From Schizochytrium sp. TIO01 (lineage: Eukaryota; Protista; Bigyra: Labyrinthulomycetes): a stretch of 64,000 nucleotides of DNA. The stretch spans positions 1,550,001-1,614,000 of the forward strand of contig SMSO01000004.1 of assembly GCA_004764695.1 (NCBI GenBank), read 5' to 3'. A program made the translations under genes and the position numbers. Positions 23,583 to 35,855 of this stretch are shown here, in pieces; position 1 is the stretch's first letter, and each line of letters opens with the position of its first letter. Under the pieces are notes generated by a model. The model saw only the letters and a program-made list of their open reading frames with translations, did no database searches and was not told the DNA's origin.

Positions 23583-25091
23583 TTATTTATCCTTTTTACT
23601 ATCTATTGTCTCAGCTTCGTTCTCGCGAGATGATGGATCATCGCCGGTGATATCAATCAAGGTGTCTTCAACAACAAAATTGTTGAGGGCCTTGACTTCA
23701 CCCTTATAAACTGCAAAGCCGAAGGAGGCGATAAGGATATATGGAACGATATAGAGAAGGGCAGGTTGAGCATGGTTGAAAACAAGCATGACCACAACCG
23801 TGGTCACAAGACTCAAGGTATAGGCCACCATTGTAACATTCAGGAAGGAGTATTTGTTGGTCTTTGCAAACTCCTTTCGCTGCACGTCGTATTTAGCAAG
23901 GAAGGCAATCGTGAGACCGGGGACCACAATATCTCCAAGGCCAAGCATTGAGAACATCATGTTGCCGCAACCATCCTGAGCGCGAGGGAACATGAGTTTA
24001 ATGGGGGCCTCCACGCCTGTGGCGACTGTAACCATAACGTTGCTTCCAAAAACAGAGGTACTGCCGAAGACCCAGAAGCAATCGTATGCAAAAAGTCCAA
24101 CTAACATGATCACACCAGTCTTGTAGGATGAGATACCAATATGCTTGATGCCCAGGAGGCAAAACGAGAGGCCCATAACGTTATTAACGATCCAGTCTTT
24201 CGTTTGAATATAGTAGACACCAAGCACAGCAGAGACCAGATAGGCGAGAACATCGATCCAGGTGACTTCTACGTCGAAATAGGGAATGCGAAAAAGAGTT
24301 CGAAAGCGGCCAAGACCACGGCTGTTGTAAAGAACGGCCACAAGTTGCCCTGCATTGATTCCAAGACCGTTAGTGCACATTATTACAACGTAGCAACTGA
24401 AAAGGTATTTGATGAGCTCTGAGTCAATGTACTTGTAAATAACAAAAAGACCAAAAAGGACCGCCGAGCCGATGACAGGAAACATATAGGCATCGTTGTC
24501 CTGCAAGGATGACTGTCCCAAGTCCTCGTCGCGTTCCTCGTCCTCTACATCCTCCTTATCCGGTCTACAGTAGAGCCATACTGCGTGCTTGGAAGACAAA
24601 TAGACACAAACAATCGAAAGTAGCAGCAAATGAATTGAAGGCTGCAGGGCCTGAAACGTAAGTTTACTCTCGCTCTCTACGGCGTCGAGCTTGAGTTTCC
24701 ATGCGGCATTCTTCGGATGGCCCACAGGATACTTGAATTCGGCAGTATCCTCCGCTGTATCCTTAGGCTCAACAAGGGCAGAGTTCTTTACCCATTGTGA
24801 GCCATCTTCTGACAGGTGCTCCCCATAATGCGGGTGACACTTCGGAAACGGACCCAATTTTACCGGATCAAAGTCCTCCAGCCGGATCAACTGTCCATCG
24901 TCTTTCTCATAAAACCCCTCAGGAACCTTGTGCGTCATGAGGAATGAAAGCCCAACAAAGAAGAGCACAATGCACGTCAAAAGAACATACAGAAGGAGAA
25001 CCTGGAGGCGCAACCCACGTGGTCTCACCGGACGGTCAGGCACCTCATCCGGCCGCAATTCCCGCTCCTGAGAAGCGGCATCCACACCCAT
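23583..25091 (-). CDS. Signal peptide peptidase-type intramembrane aspartyl protease (A22B) with N-terminal TM and luminal extension
   Basis: LFAYDCFWVF, NVMVTVAT..EAPIKL.FP, SMLGLGDIVVPG, HAQPALLY; C-terminal KKDK fits the ER-retrieval KKxx motif. Confidence 0.93.
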   Translation of the reverse strand: MGVDAASQERELRPDEVPDRPVRPRGLRLQVLLLYVLLTCIVLFFVGLSFLMTHKVPEGFYEKDDGQLIRLEDFDPVKLGPFPKCHPHYGEHLSEDGSQWVKNSALVEPKDTAEDTAEFKYPVGHPKNAAWKLKLDAVESESKLTFQALQPSIHLLLLSIVCVYLSSKHAVWLYCRPDKEDVEDEERDEDLGQSSLQDNDAYMFPVIGSAVLFGLFVIYKYIDSELIKYLFSCYVVIMCTNGLGINAGQLVAVLYNSRGLGRFRTLFRIPYFDVEVTWIDVLAYLVSAVLGVYYIQTKDWIVNNVMGLSFCLLGIKHIGISSYKTGVIMLVGLFAYDCFWVFGSTSVFGSNVMVTVATGVEAPIKLMFPRAQDGCGNMMFSMLGLGDIVVPGLTIAFLAKYDVQRKEFAKTNKYSFLNVTMVAYTLSLVTTVVVMLVFNHAQPALLYIVPYILIASFGFAVYKGEVKALNNFVVEDTLIDITGDDPSSRENEAETIDSKKDK

Positions 25092-27216
25092 CGTGGCCTG
25101 CTCTTATTTGTTTACTTCTAAAGCAATATCTTGCTAGGAACAGGGTTTTACTCAGTCCAAAATTCACGTACGTATCCTTCTACGTAGACGTTCCTATGTT
25201 CTCGCTCCCTTGAAAAGTCTCTTCAAGATATAGTCAAAGTCGAGAATTCCAACCTCTGCCTCGTAATTGGAATTAATGATCAACGACGTTGCGGAAACCA
25301 CAACCAGTCTTGCCAACCCTGGCCTCTATACCGTGTGTGAGAACGTAGGTGCCTCTATAAGCCGGTAAATCGCAAGCGTGTTGCAGTAGGTCTGTTGTCG
25401 TCACCGTTATTGGCAAAGCTGCTGTTCTTGCACAAGACAACCAGTAAGAGATTAATCTGACTCCTGCCGGGGAGGCTGTGTGCACAGTTGATGCTGAGCA
25501 CACAAATGCCTCCACACACTAGGTCTTACCTGCCGCCTCTCCTGTCTCCCTTACCTCGCTGGCCGAGGCGAGGTCAAGCTGAGCGCGAGCAACGGGTTTG
25601 TCTCTGCCTCTTGTGCTGTTTCGTTCTGTTCGACGAAAATTTCTGTGACCACTTTATTCAGCCTCCTATACCTATAACCTACTGTATCAAGCTTCGTATT
25701 GTAGCCTATAGTAGAGCTTACTTATTATGTTTAATTCCACTCAGATCCTTCAAGTTGTTTCCCCTTTACTTTTTTTGAGAGTATACTCTGAGTATTAGTA
25801 TGCGGAGTTAGAAAGAACTTCGTTCATGGCAGTATGCAAAATGAGGGCGAGACGAAGCGAGAGCGATCTGTGGAGATTCTCATGAAGAATTCGAAGGAGA
25901 TGCAGGTGAAAGATTTGTTGGCTGCAGTTTAGGAGGCTAACGTAAATGGTGGAGAGCTGTTGAGCCGAAGACGGAGATTGTGGAGGCGAAATGGAGGCCT
26001 TGCAGAGCTGGTTTTTAATTTTCCAGGAGGTCATTTGAGGACAGCGTGGAAGCTATCTTCCACCGCTATTAATGCTTATACTAATGAAGATTAAAGGCCT
26101 CATACAATTCAACATGGTCGTTGAAGAAGCTAGACTCTGAAAAGATAACGTTGTGGACATTCTGACCATAAGGACAGTGGTGATACCTGGATACCTACTG
26201 GACTACTGGTAAATAGAAAAAGGCGGCCTCTAGCGTGAGCGATCAGTGTCGAGATATCGATTGCAAATGGATTTGCTGAAATGCTATTGTAATTGAAAAC
26301 GCAGGGAGAACGAAGTGACGGACGTCATCCCAAGAAACATATATACCTAGCATGGCAATCTCAAATGAGACTGATTTTCACCCTGCACGTGCAAAAATAA
26401 CCTGCCTCTATTCAACCTTCGTTTTCACACATTAAAGACCTCCACGGATGCACTCTTCAACATTTACCCAAACATCGCAACCAGGTACTATCTAGACATA
26501 GATAGCCACTAGCTAACCGCTGGTCATTAGTAGTCATGAGTGATTCTTTTGGCTTGAGTTTCTATAAAACCCAAGCTAAAAGAGTTAAAGGAGTTGCCTC
26601 TGCGAATGGTAATAGTAATTGTGGCTGACCTGGTACTTCTAAATTCCTAATTTCCCAGTTCAGTCCAAATTCGCTCTTAATTCTGACCCATGGCATAGCT
26701 CATCAATAAAGCTGTGCAATTATAGCAAAGGGCGCTTTGGCTTTATCTTTACCATGAGATTACAACACGAAATTCAAGCAATACTACACGCTTCGTTGAA
26801 ATAGAGTTGAAGGGTCGATACTTGATAAAAATATACACAGAAGTATAAATACGACTATCATTTAACCAAAACACTAGCAATTAGCGTTTCGAAACCGTTT
26901 TCAACTGGGCATTGTAGCGAGCGCAGTGGGTTCGCTGGCAGGCGGAAGATGGGGCTTCCCACCTAAGATGGTGCAGTATTAAGCCTGTATGAGCTAAATA
27001 ATCACAACGAGGCGTCTGAAGAGCAGAGTGCAAAGCAATCTCTCAATAATCTTCGTTGACTACAGTAAAGGTCTTCGTCGCGCAATTTGTAGCTGCGCTT
27101 GACGCTGGTTACGGCTTGAAGCCGTGGATGAGAGATACAACTCAACCTTCTGACGTGACAATTTTGGATTCGGTTTCGCAGAGCTTGGCAAACTGGTGTG
27201 GATTGAAGAGATCAAT

Positions 27217-29625
27217 ATGCGGGAGGACCAGGTGAGCAATGGCGTGACTTTTTTGACGCACCCTAAAGTGCAGAATGCACCATTTGAAGAGCGTTTGGTC
27301 TTTTTGAGAAACAAAGGTCTTACTGAAGATGAGATTCAGGAGGCAGTTCGAAGGTCCAAGGGGTCTGGTGACGAGAAGTCTGGCGAATCTAACACTGAGA
27401 GTCACACTCCCGGTACTCCCGGCGCTTCTGACCAACATGGAGGTCAACAACCTCAAAACAATGCCCCTCCACATTTCCCAAGAGCAGTAACGGTCCCACC
27501 TCCACCTGTTCAAGATGAATCTTCCTGGGTGTCAAAGTATCTTGTCCCTGGCACTCTGGCACTCTCAGCTGGGGCTGGTATGGCGTTTTTGTACAAAACG
27601 ATGGTGCTTAAGGAAAACATGGGTGGCCCTCGACAGTGGTTTGGGCCTGGGCCGCCGCCTCCGGGCGTATATGGGCCTGGAATGCCCATGCAGCAACAGC
27701 AGCAAATGTTGCAAAATCCTTTTGAGGCCACCAATAACGGCCAACAACAGATTCCGCAGAATGCGACAAACGCTGCTAGTATCAACAATAACAAGTCTTT
27801 GCCAGGTGCGCCAGGTGCTATGGAAGCATTGGTTAGCCAAGGCAAGCCAATTCCAAGCCTCGCTCAATTTGAAAAAGACCAGGCAAGTGGTCGTGAAAGC
27901 AACAGCACCTCTGTAGTCCCATACGAGTCTGGCTCAATGTTTGGCAGCGCACCGTACGCTTCTGGACAAACTTTTGGGGGAGATTTGACAGCAACAGGGT
28001 TTGGAGGTAGTGACGAGTCTAGGGGCTTCTCTTCAATCATTGCAAAGCAAACTGAGCTATTGCAGGATGTCAGCAACTCACTCAAATCAGTGACTACACA
28101 GCTTGCCGATATTAAATCAGAGCAAATGCTTGGTGGCGGTGGTTTTGGAATGAGTACCTCGGGATCTACGCAGGCCATGCTTGCAAACCTCTCGCAGACT
28201 ACCAGCGACCTCAAGGCCGAGATGAACACTCTTAAGATGCTTATTCTTTCCGGTAAGCTTGGTGGTAGCAATGGAGGTACACCGAACGAAGACGAGATTC
28301 GAAAGCTGCTTGGACCAATCGATGAAAAGCTCGCACAACAGCAGCAGAATCGTAACCAACTTGACCAACTCATCAAGGCCACCTCAGGAGCAACTTCGGA
28401 GGAAACTGCTCCCACTGCTGCTGAGGAGGAACAACCTCAAGCAGACCCAGAGCCAGAGACGGATGAAAAGATTGCCCAGGAGAAGATTCACGCGTCTCGC
28501 ACCGCCCTTGCGGAGATGGTGAAGGCCTGCCCTGCTGATAAATTGCGACCTGCAGTCAACATCCTTCTTCTTTATTTGCGAAACCTCGCGAAGGACCCGG
28601 AGGTGCCTCGCTATGGACGAATTGCCCGTACCAATCAAAGTTATATCAACAATCTAGGCGAGGTTGAGCATCACTTAGAACTCCTCAAGGCTAACGGATT
28701 CGAGGAGCGCAACCCTGGTGGCTTTGTTCGTGCTCCTACGTTGGAGTGGTCCGAGAAGTGGCGCGAGAACAAGGACAAATGGGCTCTCCAGGTTCTCAAA
28801 GACACAATTACGAACCTTGAGACTGTCAACAAGCAGGGTGCTTCTGCAGCACCTGCTGCCACCTCTGCACCCGCTGCTTCCCCAACTCCCCCGCCAGTGG
28901 CATCCACTCCGACACCACCTCCACAGGCAACCACAAGTTCTCCTTCTTCGACTTCTGTGGCGAGCAAACCTAAGCAATCCTCTTTTGTTGCCCCGCCTTT
29001 TACAATCCCAAGTGTCCCCAGTCCGCCCTTGTCCTCGGCAACTGAGAGTGCTAGTTCCCAGGCTGCTAATGATGTTAGGTCAACTCCTGCACAGCAAGCG
29101 AATGGTTCTACTGAAACAAGTTCTGAAGAGCCTCGGTACCCGCTCTCATACAGTGAGATTTGCAAGTACGTGCAAAAGGGCCAGGAACCTCCTGGTATCA
29201 AGAAGGTACCTGACTCCCTGTCGGGCGACCCTCCTTCTGCAGCTACCATGGCTCCCTTGCGAAAGCCTTGGGAGCGCCAAGAAAATGCCACCCAGGATGA
29301 GCAACCTGAACAAGAGAACACATTCCAATTTTTTGCTCAGAACGGTGCTGTGAACCCTGCACCGCAAGATGTGGTCCAGGATGTGCCTTATGACTACGCC
29401 GGCTATGGGGGATACCAGCATAATGGGTACGGAGGATACTCAAAGGCTACTATCGAGGAAATCAACGAGGACCAGGATCCATCGGAAGCAGCTCCAGAGG
29501 CTGCTGGTGGCGAATTCAAGAGTGAGGAGAGCTCTGCGCCATCGATTAACAGCAGCGTACCTACTTCGGGCCTTCCTTTTCCTGAGGTTGAGACTTCCAG
29601 CGAAGTTGCTTCTGTAGCACCGTAA
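27217..29625 (+). CDS. PEX14: Peroxisomal docking protein PEX14 with internal PUB domain and C-terminal KPWE domain
   Basis: Pex14_N MREDQVSNGVTFLTHPKVQNAPFEERLVFLRNKGLTEDEIQEA; TM segment after SSW; coiled coil; PUB-like LLYLRNL.KDP...YGRI..TN....LLKANGF; YPLSYSEI...QKGQEPPGIK.VPD...RKPWE. Confidence 0.88.
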   Translation: MREDQVSNGVTFLTHPKVQNAPFEERLVFLRNKGLTEDEIQEAVRRSKGSGDEKSGESNTESHTPGTPGASDQHGGQQPQNNAPPHFPRAVTVPPPPVQDESSWVSKYLVPGTLALSAGAGMAFLYKTMVLKENMGGPRQWFGPGPPPPGVYGPGMPMQQQQQMLQNPFEATNNGQQQIPQNATNAASINNNKSLPGAPGAMEALVSQGKPIPSLAQFEKDQASGRESNSTSVVPYESGSMFGSAPYASGQTFGGDLTATGFGGSDESRGFSSIIAKQTELLQDVSNSLKSVTTQLADIKSEQMLGGGGFGMSTSGSTQAMLANLSQTTSDLKAEMNTLKMLILSGKLGGSNGGTPNEDEIRKLLGPIDEKLAQQQQNRNQLDQLIKATSGATSEETAPTAAEEEQPQADPEPETDEKIAQEKIHASRTALAEMVKACPADKLRPAVNILLLYLRNLAKDPEVPRYGRIARTNQSYINNLGEVEHHLELLKANGFEERNPGGFVRAPTLEWSEKWRENKDKWALQVLKDTITNLETVNKQGASAAPAATSAPAASPTPPPVASTPTPPPQATTSSPSSTSVASKPKQSSFVAPPFTIPSVPSPPLSSATESASSQAANDVRSTPAQQANGSTETSSEEPRYPLSYSEICKYVQKGQEPPGIKKVPDSLSGDPPSAATMAPLRKPWERQENATQDEQPEQENTFQFFAQNGAVNPAPQDVVQDVPYDYAGYGGYQHNGYGGYSKATIEEINEDQDPSEAAPEAAGGEFKSEESSAPSINSSVPTSGLPFPEVETSSEVASVAP

Positions 29626-30264
29626 ATTCTTGATGAAAAAACCTGTAGACAACTGTGTAGTTCTCTTCAAACCTTGGATTGTTTGTCCTCCGTTTTATTA
29701 TTATTCTACTCTTGTGTATTCGCACTTTACTGACCGTCGAGTCGAGGCTAGGTCGCTAAATTAACACAGCGCTCATTTTTTATATTTTTCTTCTATAGTC
29801 CTTGTTCCTTACGCTTTCTTTTGGGGGAAATGCTGAACGAAAATTGAAAAACAATGTTGAAAGCGGTCTGTTCAGATTAAGAGAGAGGGACCTGTGGTGC
29901 GAATCACAAACTTTTGCGCACAAAGAGAAAAAGACATAATCTCCTAGACAATGTGAACTCTTACGACAACGTTTTCGCCAATGACTTCAGGTGGGATCTC
30001 AATGATTAATGCTGTAATATGTTTACCCTTACTTTTTTTTCTTTTTTTTTTTCTGTTTCTTCTCTTTCATATGTAAGGATAAAAGAGTAGTCCATAATTG
30101 AGGCTGCGTGTGCTGAGGAGTGCCAAGGCCATGTCCGAGACTCCTCGCGGGCTCAAAAGGTACTTTGCAACTTCTGAGGACCCGTGTTTAGGATCTAAAA
30201 ATCGGACATCAAATGCAACTCATGGAAGTGCAGAGAGTTTGCGACGTTCATCGTCGAGAGTGCC

Positions 30265-32979
30265 ATGGAGGTGATCGACCTGAACAGTGACTCCGAGGAC
30301 AACGACGCAGACAACAGCAGTGGAGATGTAAAGTTCACTAAACTGGAACCAAGGAGCTCAAACCTTGGCGCTGTAAATGGTGCAAGTTCAAGCATCGAAA
30401 ACTCTTCAAGCAAAGGAAATGTCAGTGAGCATGAAAATCAGGAAGAGAACAGTGAAGAGGACGAGGTGATTGAAATTGTAAACTCGACTCTGCCAACTCC
30501 GTCTATAAAATCTCGACACCCCGAGAACAACTTATCAAGGAAAGACAAGGACACTACCCAGAAAGAATGGGGGGCATTGCTTGCTGGCTCGAAAAGACGC
30601 GCCGTGGATCGTGATGACTCCTTGCTCGAAGCCATGGAACCGACAGACAAGTGGGGTATGGTTGTGGATTCCAAATGGCGCGCAGAGTACGAACAACTAA
30701 CTCCCGTAGAGCGTAATATCGTGTTAACGCTGCGTTATTTAGCTTTGGAAGCTACGGGGCCCTTTATGCCAGCATTCGGGTTCTCTGATGGTATATCTGA
30801 ACAGGCCTTTCGGCCTCCTGGGAGCGGGAGCTACTCGTTTGATGGCCTCCGTGCCCCGTCAAGATACCAACACCACCCAGCTCTTGCATGGCAAGTTTGC
30901 GCACCTAATCTTCTCTTCTGTGTGCAAACCTTTCTTCAACTAAGTAGCCATCTGATAGCTGGGGTTCTTCAGCCCGAGGTTGACGAGCTCTCAATGTTTC
31001 TGAAAATAATGATTACAAACGAGAACGTAGGCAAACCCACGGCTGCGTTCAAAACACTTTCTGCGCTAATGTACTGTCGTACTCGCTGGGTAGCAGAGGA
31101 AGACTTGATCCAGCGATGGCATCTTGATCAAGATACACTCAGTGACACATTGAGTACACTTAAGCAAGGAAACTACATTCAAACTAGACCAAGTACGTTT
31201 GCGGATTGTTTAGATCTTCTTAATACTCAAACTCGGGGAGTACTCTATCAGCTCAAGCTTATTCAGAAGAGTAGTCTGAATACTAGCTCAACAAAACGAC
31301 AAATCTTAGTCTACATTGAGGATCAAGGGCTATCGTTTGCTCGAAAGTTGTGTGAGTCTCTTGAAACTGTTCATGTTCGTCTGCAGGATGAGACGAGGCG
31401 TAATTTACATCGATGTTTAGTTCATATATTTGCCAAAACTGGTTACAGTAGCGATGATACTCGATTCATGCTAAGACACATTCCTTTAGACAGCTATAAG
31501 TTCGCCGGTTCTCCCAAAGATGCGACAAACGGCGCATACCAAACCGACAAAGAAGTGCCAAAGGCAGAGGAATCAAATGCTGACATTATATCGGGAAGGT
31601 TACGGGTATTGCAACAGCGAGAAGATTTTTTTAAGGCTGTCGAACTTTCGGGCAAGCTATCTCTTTATGCTGCTCACGGGGACTCTGGGAATGCTTATCG
31701 AGTGCTACATGAAGCAGCAGACCGGTTATTGCGAATGTTAGAAGGCGCTGCCCCCCACCAGCTTCGAGAGCTTCATGCATTAGCAAGGGTCTGTCTGACC
31801 GGTTGCCAGCTCCTTCAGCGTGAACGGCGCTATGCTGATGCAGAGCATTATTTGCAGATGGTTGTCAAAAGTACAGGTCACCATCCAGCGTTAGTCATGG
31901 TGCATTGTGAAGCCTTGGGGCGCCTTGCGCAAGATCTTGAACACCGTGGTGCCAAAGCAGCAGCATTGAGGCTTGGGGAGGACGCCCTTAAACGTGATCA
32001 CTGGATCCTCGGATGTAAGCTTCCCTTAGCGAAAGAAACACCAAATCGCTTGGGCGGGACTGGTGTCGCAATTATGTCGCGGTACGTCCGTCTTAGTGTG
32101 CCTCCTCGGAGATGGCGACTTGTCGTGAAGGAAGCAGCGCAGCTGCACCAGCCAGTTTTCATAAAAATTGAGGCAGAATGCGAAGCCCGAGAGGTACAAC
32201 AGCCTCGCGATGCACAGTCCGTGAGTAGCTTTAGTACACAACGATTTATGTCTAAACCAGCGTGGAAAACAGCATCTTCTGTTGAGGATGTTGTCCTAGA
32301 ACACTTCAAACGCCATGGCAATTGGCAAGGTGTACACTGTGAAAATGGTTTTGGAATCACAAGCTATACTCTTTTGTTCTGGGACCTTCTTTTCGATGAA
32401 CGCGCTCCACACGCAGAAAGTAATAGTGCGTTTGTTGAGCTCCCGAGAGCAGCATCAGATGGAACCTGGCTTATGCATAAGGAAACCCGTCAAGCGATCG
32501 AGGAGAGGCTTGCAAACATTCTAGACGAGAGTTCTGGTCATGCGTTTGTAGCGCAGTGTCTTGAGTCGGCATGGCCCAAGGCTAATGTCTGTCATGCCCG
32601 GGGTGTTAATTTGAGTCGTTTGTCACTTGACGAAACCAAGCAAGTTTTTGCGGGTATGTCACTGCGAACAATTGCAATGATTTGTGCACTTTTTGCTGAA
32701 AATTACAAGGCTTGGAATGGAGGTCTCCCGGATCTTATGCTTTGGCGTGTGGCACCTGCGAAAACTGCAAAACCTGTCATTGGTGTTAACAATCCATCAG
32801 AGACCCAGGGGTTATCAAGTTCTTCTTCTCATGCAGACAAAACTATGGAAACTCGCTTTATAGAGGTGAAGGGCCCTGGAGATTCCCTCAGTGAGCGCCA
32901 GAAAGCATGGATTGATAAGCTTACTCAGGTTGGTGCAAACATAACCGTGTGTAACGTTAAAGCAGTATCCGCTGTATAA
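30265..32979 (+). CDS. FAN1: Fanconi-associated nuclease 1-like (TPR-like region + VRR-NUC domain)
   Basis: SVEDVVLEHF, WQGVHCENG, LLFWDLLF, GGLPDLMLW, FIEVKGPGDSLSERQKAW (PD-(D/E)xK core). Confidence 0.88.
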   Translation: MEVIDLNSDSEDNDADNSSGDVKFTKLEPRSSNLGAVNGASSSIENSSSKGNVSEHENQEENSEEDEVIEIVNSTLPTPSIKSRHPENNLSRKDKDTTQKEWGALLAGSKRRAVDRDDSLLEAMEPTDKWGMVVDSKWRAEYEQLTPVERNIVLTLRYLALEATGPFMPAFGFSDGISEQAFRPPGSGSYSFDGLRAPSRYQHHPALAWQVCAPNLLFCVQTFLQLSSHLIAGVLQPEVDELSMFLKIMITNENVGKPTAAFKTLSALMYCRTRWVAEEDLIQRWHLDQDTLSDTLSTLKQGNYIQTRPSTFADCLDLLNTQTRGVLYQLKLIQKSSLNTSSTKRQILVYIEDQGLSFARKLCESLETVHVRLQDETRRNLHRCLVHIFAKTGYSSDDTRFMLRHIPLDSYKFAGSPKDATNGAYQTDKEVPKAEESNADIISGRLRVLQQREDFFKAVELSGKLSLYAAHGDSGNAYRVLHEAADRLLRMLEGAAPHQLRELHALARVCLTGCQLLQRERRYADAEHYLQMVVKSTGHHPALVMVHCEALGRLAQDLEHRGAKAAALRLGEDALKRDHWILGCKLPLAKETPNRLGGTGVAIMSRYVRLSVPPRRWRLVVKEAAQLHQPVFIKIEAECEAREVQQPRDAQSVSSFSTQRFMSKPAWKTASSVEDVVLEHFKRHGNWQGVHCENGFGITSYTLLFWDLLFDERAPHAESNSAFVELPRAASDGTWLMHKETRQAIEERLANILDESSGHAFVAQCLESAWPKANVCHARGVNLSRLSLDETKQVFAGMSLRTIAMICALFAENYKAWNGGLPDLMLWRVAPAKTAKPVIGVNNPSETQGLSSSSSHADKTMETRFIEVKGPGDSLSERQKAWIDKLTQVGANITVCNVKAVSAV

Positions 32980-34660
32980 AAAAAGGTTATTCCAAGTCGA
33001 CGATGCCTCAATAAGAGGCAAGCGGAATGCAACATATCTCATTGCAATATTACTTTACTACTGCCTAATACTTCTTACTGTCTCGTTTCTATATACTCTG
33101 GATATCTCTTTTGTTATGAAGGAAAATGAAAAATTAAAAAACACAGGGCTTTGTGTGTGCAAATATAAATTTTGATATATTTAAAGTGAATATTTATATT
33201 AGATTCCTTTCAACTGGACTGTTGTTACTGTTGCAGTGGTAGCCTCATATTTTCGTCGCTGAGGTCAGGTCCGTGTTACAGATTTTAAGTTTTATCCAAA
33301 ACAATATGTACACAACAGCGAAAGCGTTGGCGGACAACTATTGTTTATTTTAAGCTGAGCACGAGAGTCATGTGTGACTTTGTCAAAACCTCGTCAGACC
33401 ACGCTTTAGTCAGGCTCTTGAAATAACTATGCTACGAAACTCCAGCAAAGCCACGATAAACTCTCTTTTCAACGCTCGCCTTAGCCTCTGGCATTTTATA
33501 ATCTTCGAGTTCTTGGACAGGGGCGGGCACCAAGGTCTCTCACCTTATATCAAGCATGTCAATCATTCTTTATTCTTCATTTAATCAATCAATAAAACAA
33601 TCGATTGTGTGTAAGCCATAATTCTCGAACACGTCAATGTCATCACATTACAAGACACTGTCTTATATGCTCCTTATGTGCAGCTATGATTACGTGCGTA
33701 CTATGCATAAGGTTAGGATAGGTAGGTACCTCCTGACTATCGCAAAGAAGAAGAAGTATATTACAAACTCAAGACTTCTTTCTCCCAGTCGCTTACACCT
33801 TTCAGGGTATATGTAAATAGACAATGCCGAAGTTCACCAAAGGTAGGTATCGTGAAAACTTCGACCTAAATCATCGTTGCAAGGCCTCTATTTGCACACA
33901 CAGCTACACAATTATCACCTCAAAGATCATCTCTAAGCTCTCGAATAGAAGATCATTGAGTTCGCAAGCGCTGTCCGTGTCGTCGTGCAGGCATCCAAGG
34001 AGCACATACGAAGTCACGAACTAAGCAATTAACTTGAGGCGTTCGTTGCTCGCTCGTTCGCTCGCTCTGGCAAGAAAACACCACTCTGAGGATGGATGGA
34101 TCTATGGAGCCGTGATAATTGTCGTAATAGAGGAAAGAAATGGCACATCATCCAATGGCCTTCACCATCATTTGAACATGGGGTCAATCCTGTCCGTGTC
34201 GTACATGGATGGGATGCTTCGAGGTGGAGCTGCGAGACTCGCTCGTGCCACACGCATCTTCGACAGCCAAATGATCACCACGAGCTTGGTGCATTTCATT
34301 CTCAGCAGTAGATTGAAAGTTGAAAACCTCTGGCTAGGTAGGTAGTCCTTAGGGGTACCTACCTTGTCGCCTACTTTACTTTGATCAGTATTTTTATTTT
34401 CAATAAAAAGCGACATAATTGTTATTAAAAGAAGAAACAACAGCGATTGTAACTAACCATATATAGACAGTCCAGTGCACAACTCCAACCGGGACTCCAA
34501 AGCACGCGACCTGAATCTGCTCGCTGCCTCGAAGAAAGCTTCTGCGCCATGCCAAATACGCAGCAATTAGAACCACAGTCTTTCCTCGGACGCCACCTCC
34601 GGCCACAAGTGCTGTCAATTGATCAGTCGATTGATCAACTTATCCACAAATTGATCGCTC

Positions 34661-34727
34661 CTCACTCACTCACTCACCCACTCACTCTTTCACTCGTTCA
34701 TTTGTATGTATGTATGTATGTATGTAT
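34661..34727. repeat. Compound microsatellite (CACT)n then (TATG)n
   Basis: ctcactcactcactcacccactcactc followed by tgtatgtatgtatgtatgtatgtat. Confidence 0.85.
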
Positions 34728-35855
34728 CAATCAACTTATCAAAAATCTTTAGTTTTGTATCGTCGCTCCACTTCCCCACCTTTGTGCTTGTTTCACTTGC
34801 ATTTCCAGCCTCAATGGAGTATCCACATTTTACTGTACTTGTAACTTCGTATACTCTACTGTACCTCACCCCTCTATATGGATTTACTGCGTGTGCACAC
34901 CAAAGAGTCCTTTCCGCGCTCTCACCGTACTCCTCGTTAGAGTTACTTATGTATCAGAAATGCCAAACTTTTAATTAAAAAATGTTTTCACTGACTTTTA
35001 AAACTTATGTTAGTAATGCTACTTCTAATGATAAACCATAGTCAAACTTATTAACACGAGATAAAAAATTAGCATTTTCTCTTTTATCCTTTTTTTACTT
35101 CTTTTTGTTACTGCTTGTGCACATGCTGCCAGCCCCATCAAAATCCGCGCGTCCTAATGCCTTGCAGCTCAAAACCGACGATGCGACTCCCGTAGAAGAC
35201 CTTGGTATGAGCCAGGTCAGCTCAAGGTGACCTGATTTACTCTAAGGCGGGTTTGTCCTCCATTGCACCGCAATGGTGACACATGCGGCAGCAAATGAAT
35301 GAGGATGTGCAGCTACTATAAACCTCTTAACAGACCCAGTGTATACAGGTCTCTATTCCAAACAGATTGATGAATTGGAAAAGAAGTGCGAAAAGAAAGA
35401 AAACAGGAGAATTTTTGTTTAATTTGATAGGCAAGTATATGGGTAAAATGAGTGAGTGAAGGGGTGAAAAGTTTTAAAGATGTAATGTGCGCATGTAAAG
35501 CAAGTGCTTCAAGCTCGCCGAGTCCATTCCGCAGACCTCGATTGTGGTGACTCCTTCGGGCGCACAGCCGCGACGCCGGCTAGTGCAGAGCGCGTGCAAT
35601 TCTGTCTGGATCGATCGACACTCGCTGAGGCGCTGTGCGGCTCAGTTCATTTAGGAGCGACTTGTTGAATAGAACGGAGATTGACGCCATTCTGGCGCGT
35701 GCGGTCCAAAGAAGCGATATTACCAACGTTGGAAAGCGTCGAGAAATCTGGCTAGCTCGACAAAACTTGGCCTTGAAGGAGCCTCTTTGGTAGTGTTTAG
35801 CTCTAGTCTTGGGCAAGCAAATTGAGAAGAGCCTGCGTGAAACCTTGGGATCAGC

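Noticed and set aside
27510-29670. Multiple alternative-frame ORFs over PEX14 (and likewise over the LIM, separase and ABC genes)
   Set aside because: By-products of low-complexity, GC-balanced coding sequence; no independent motifs
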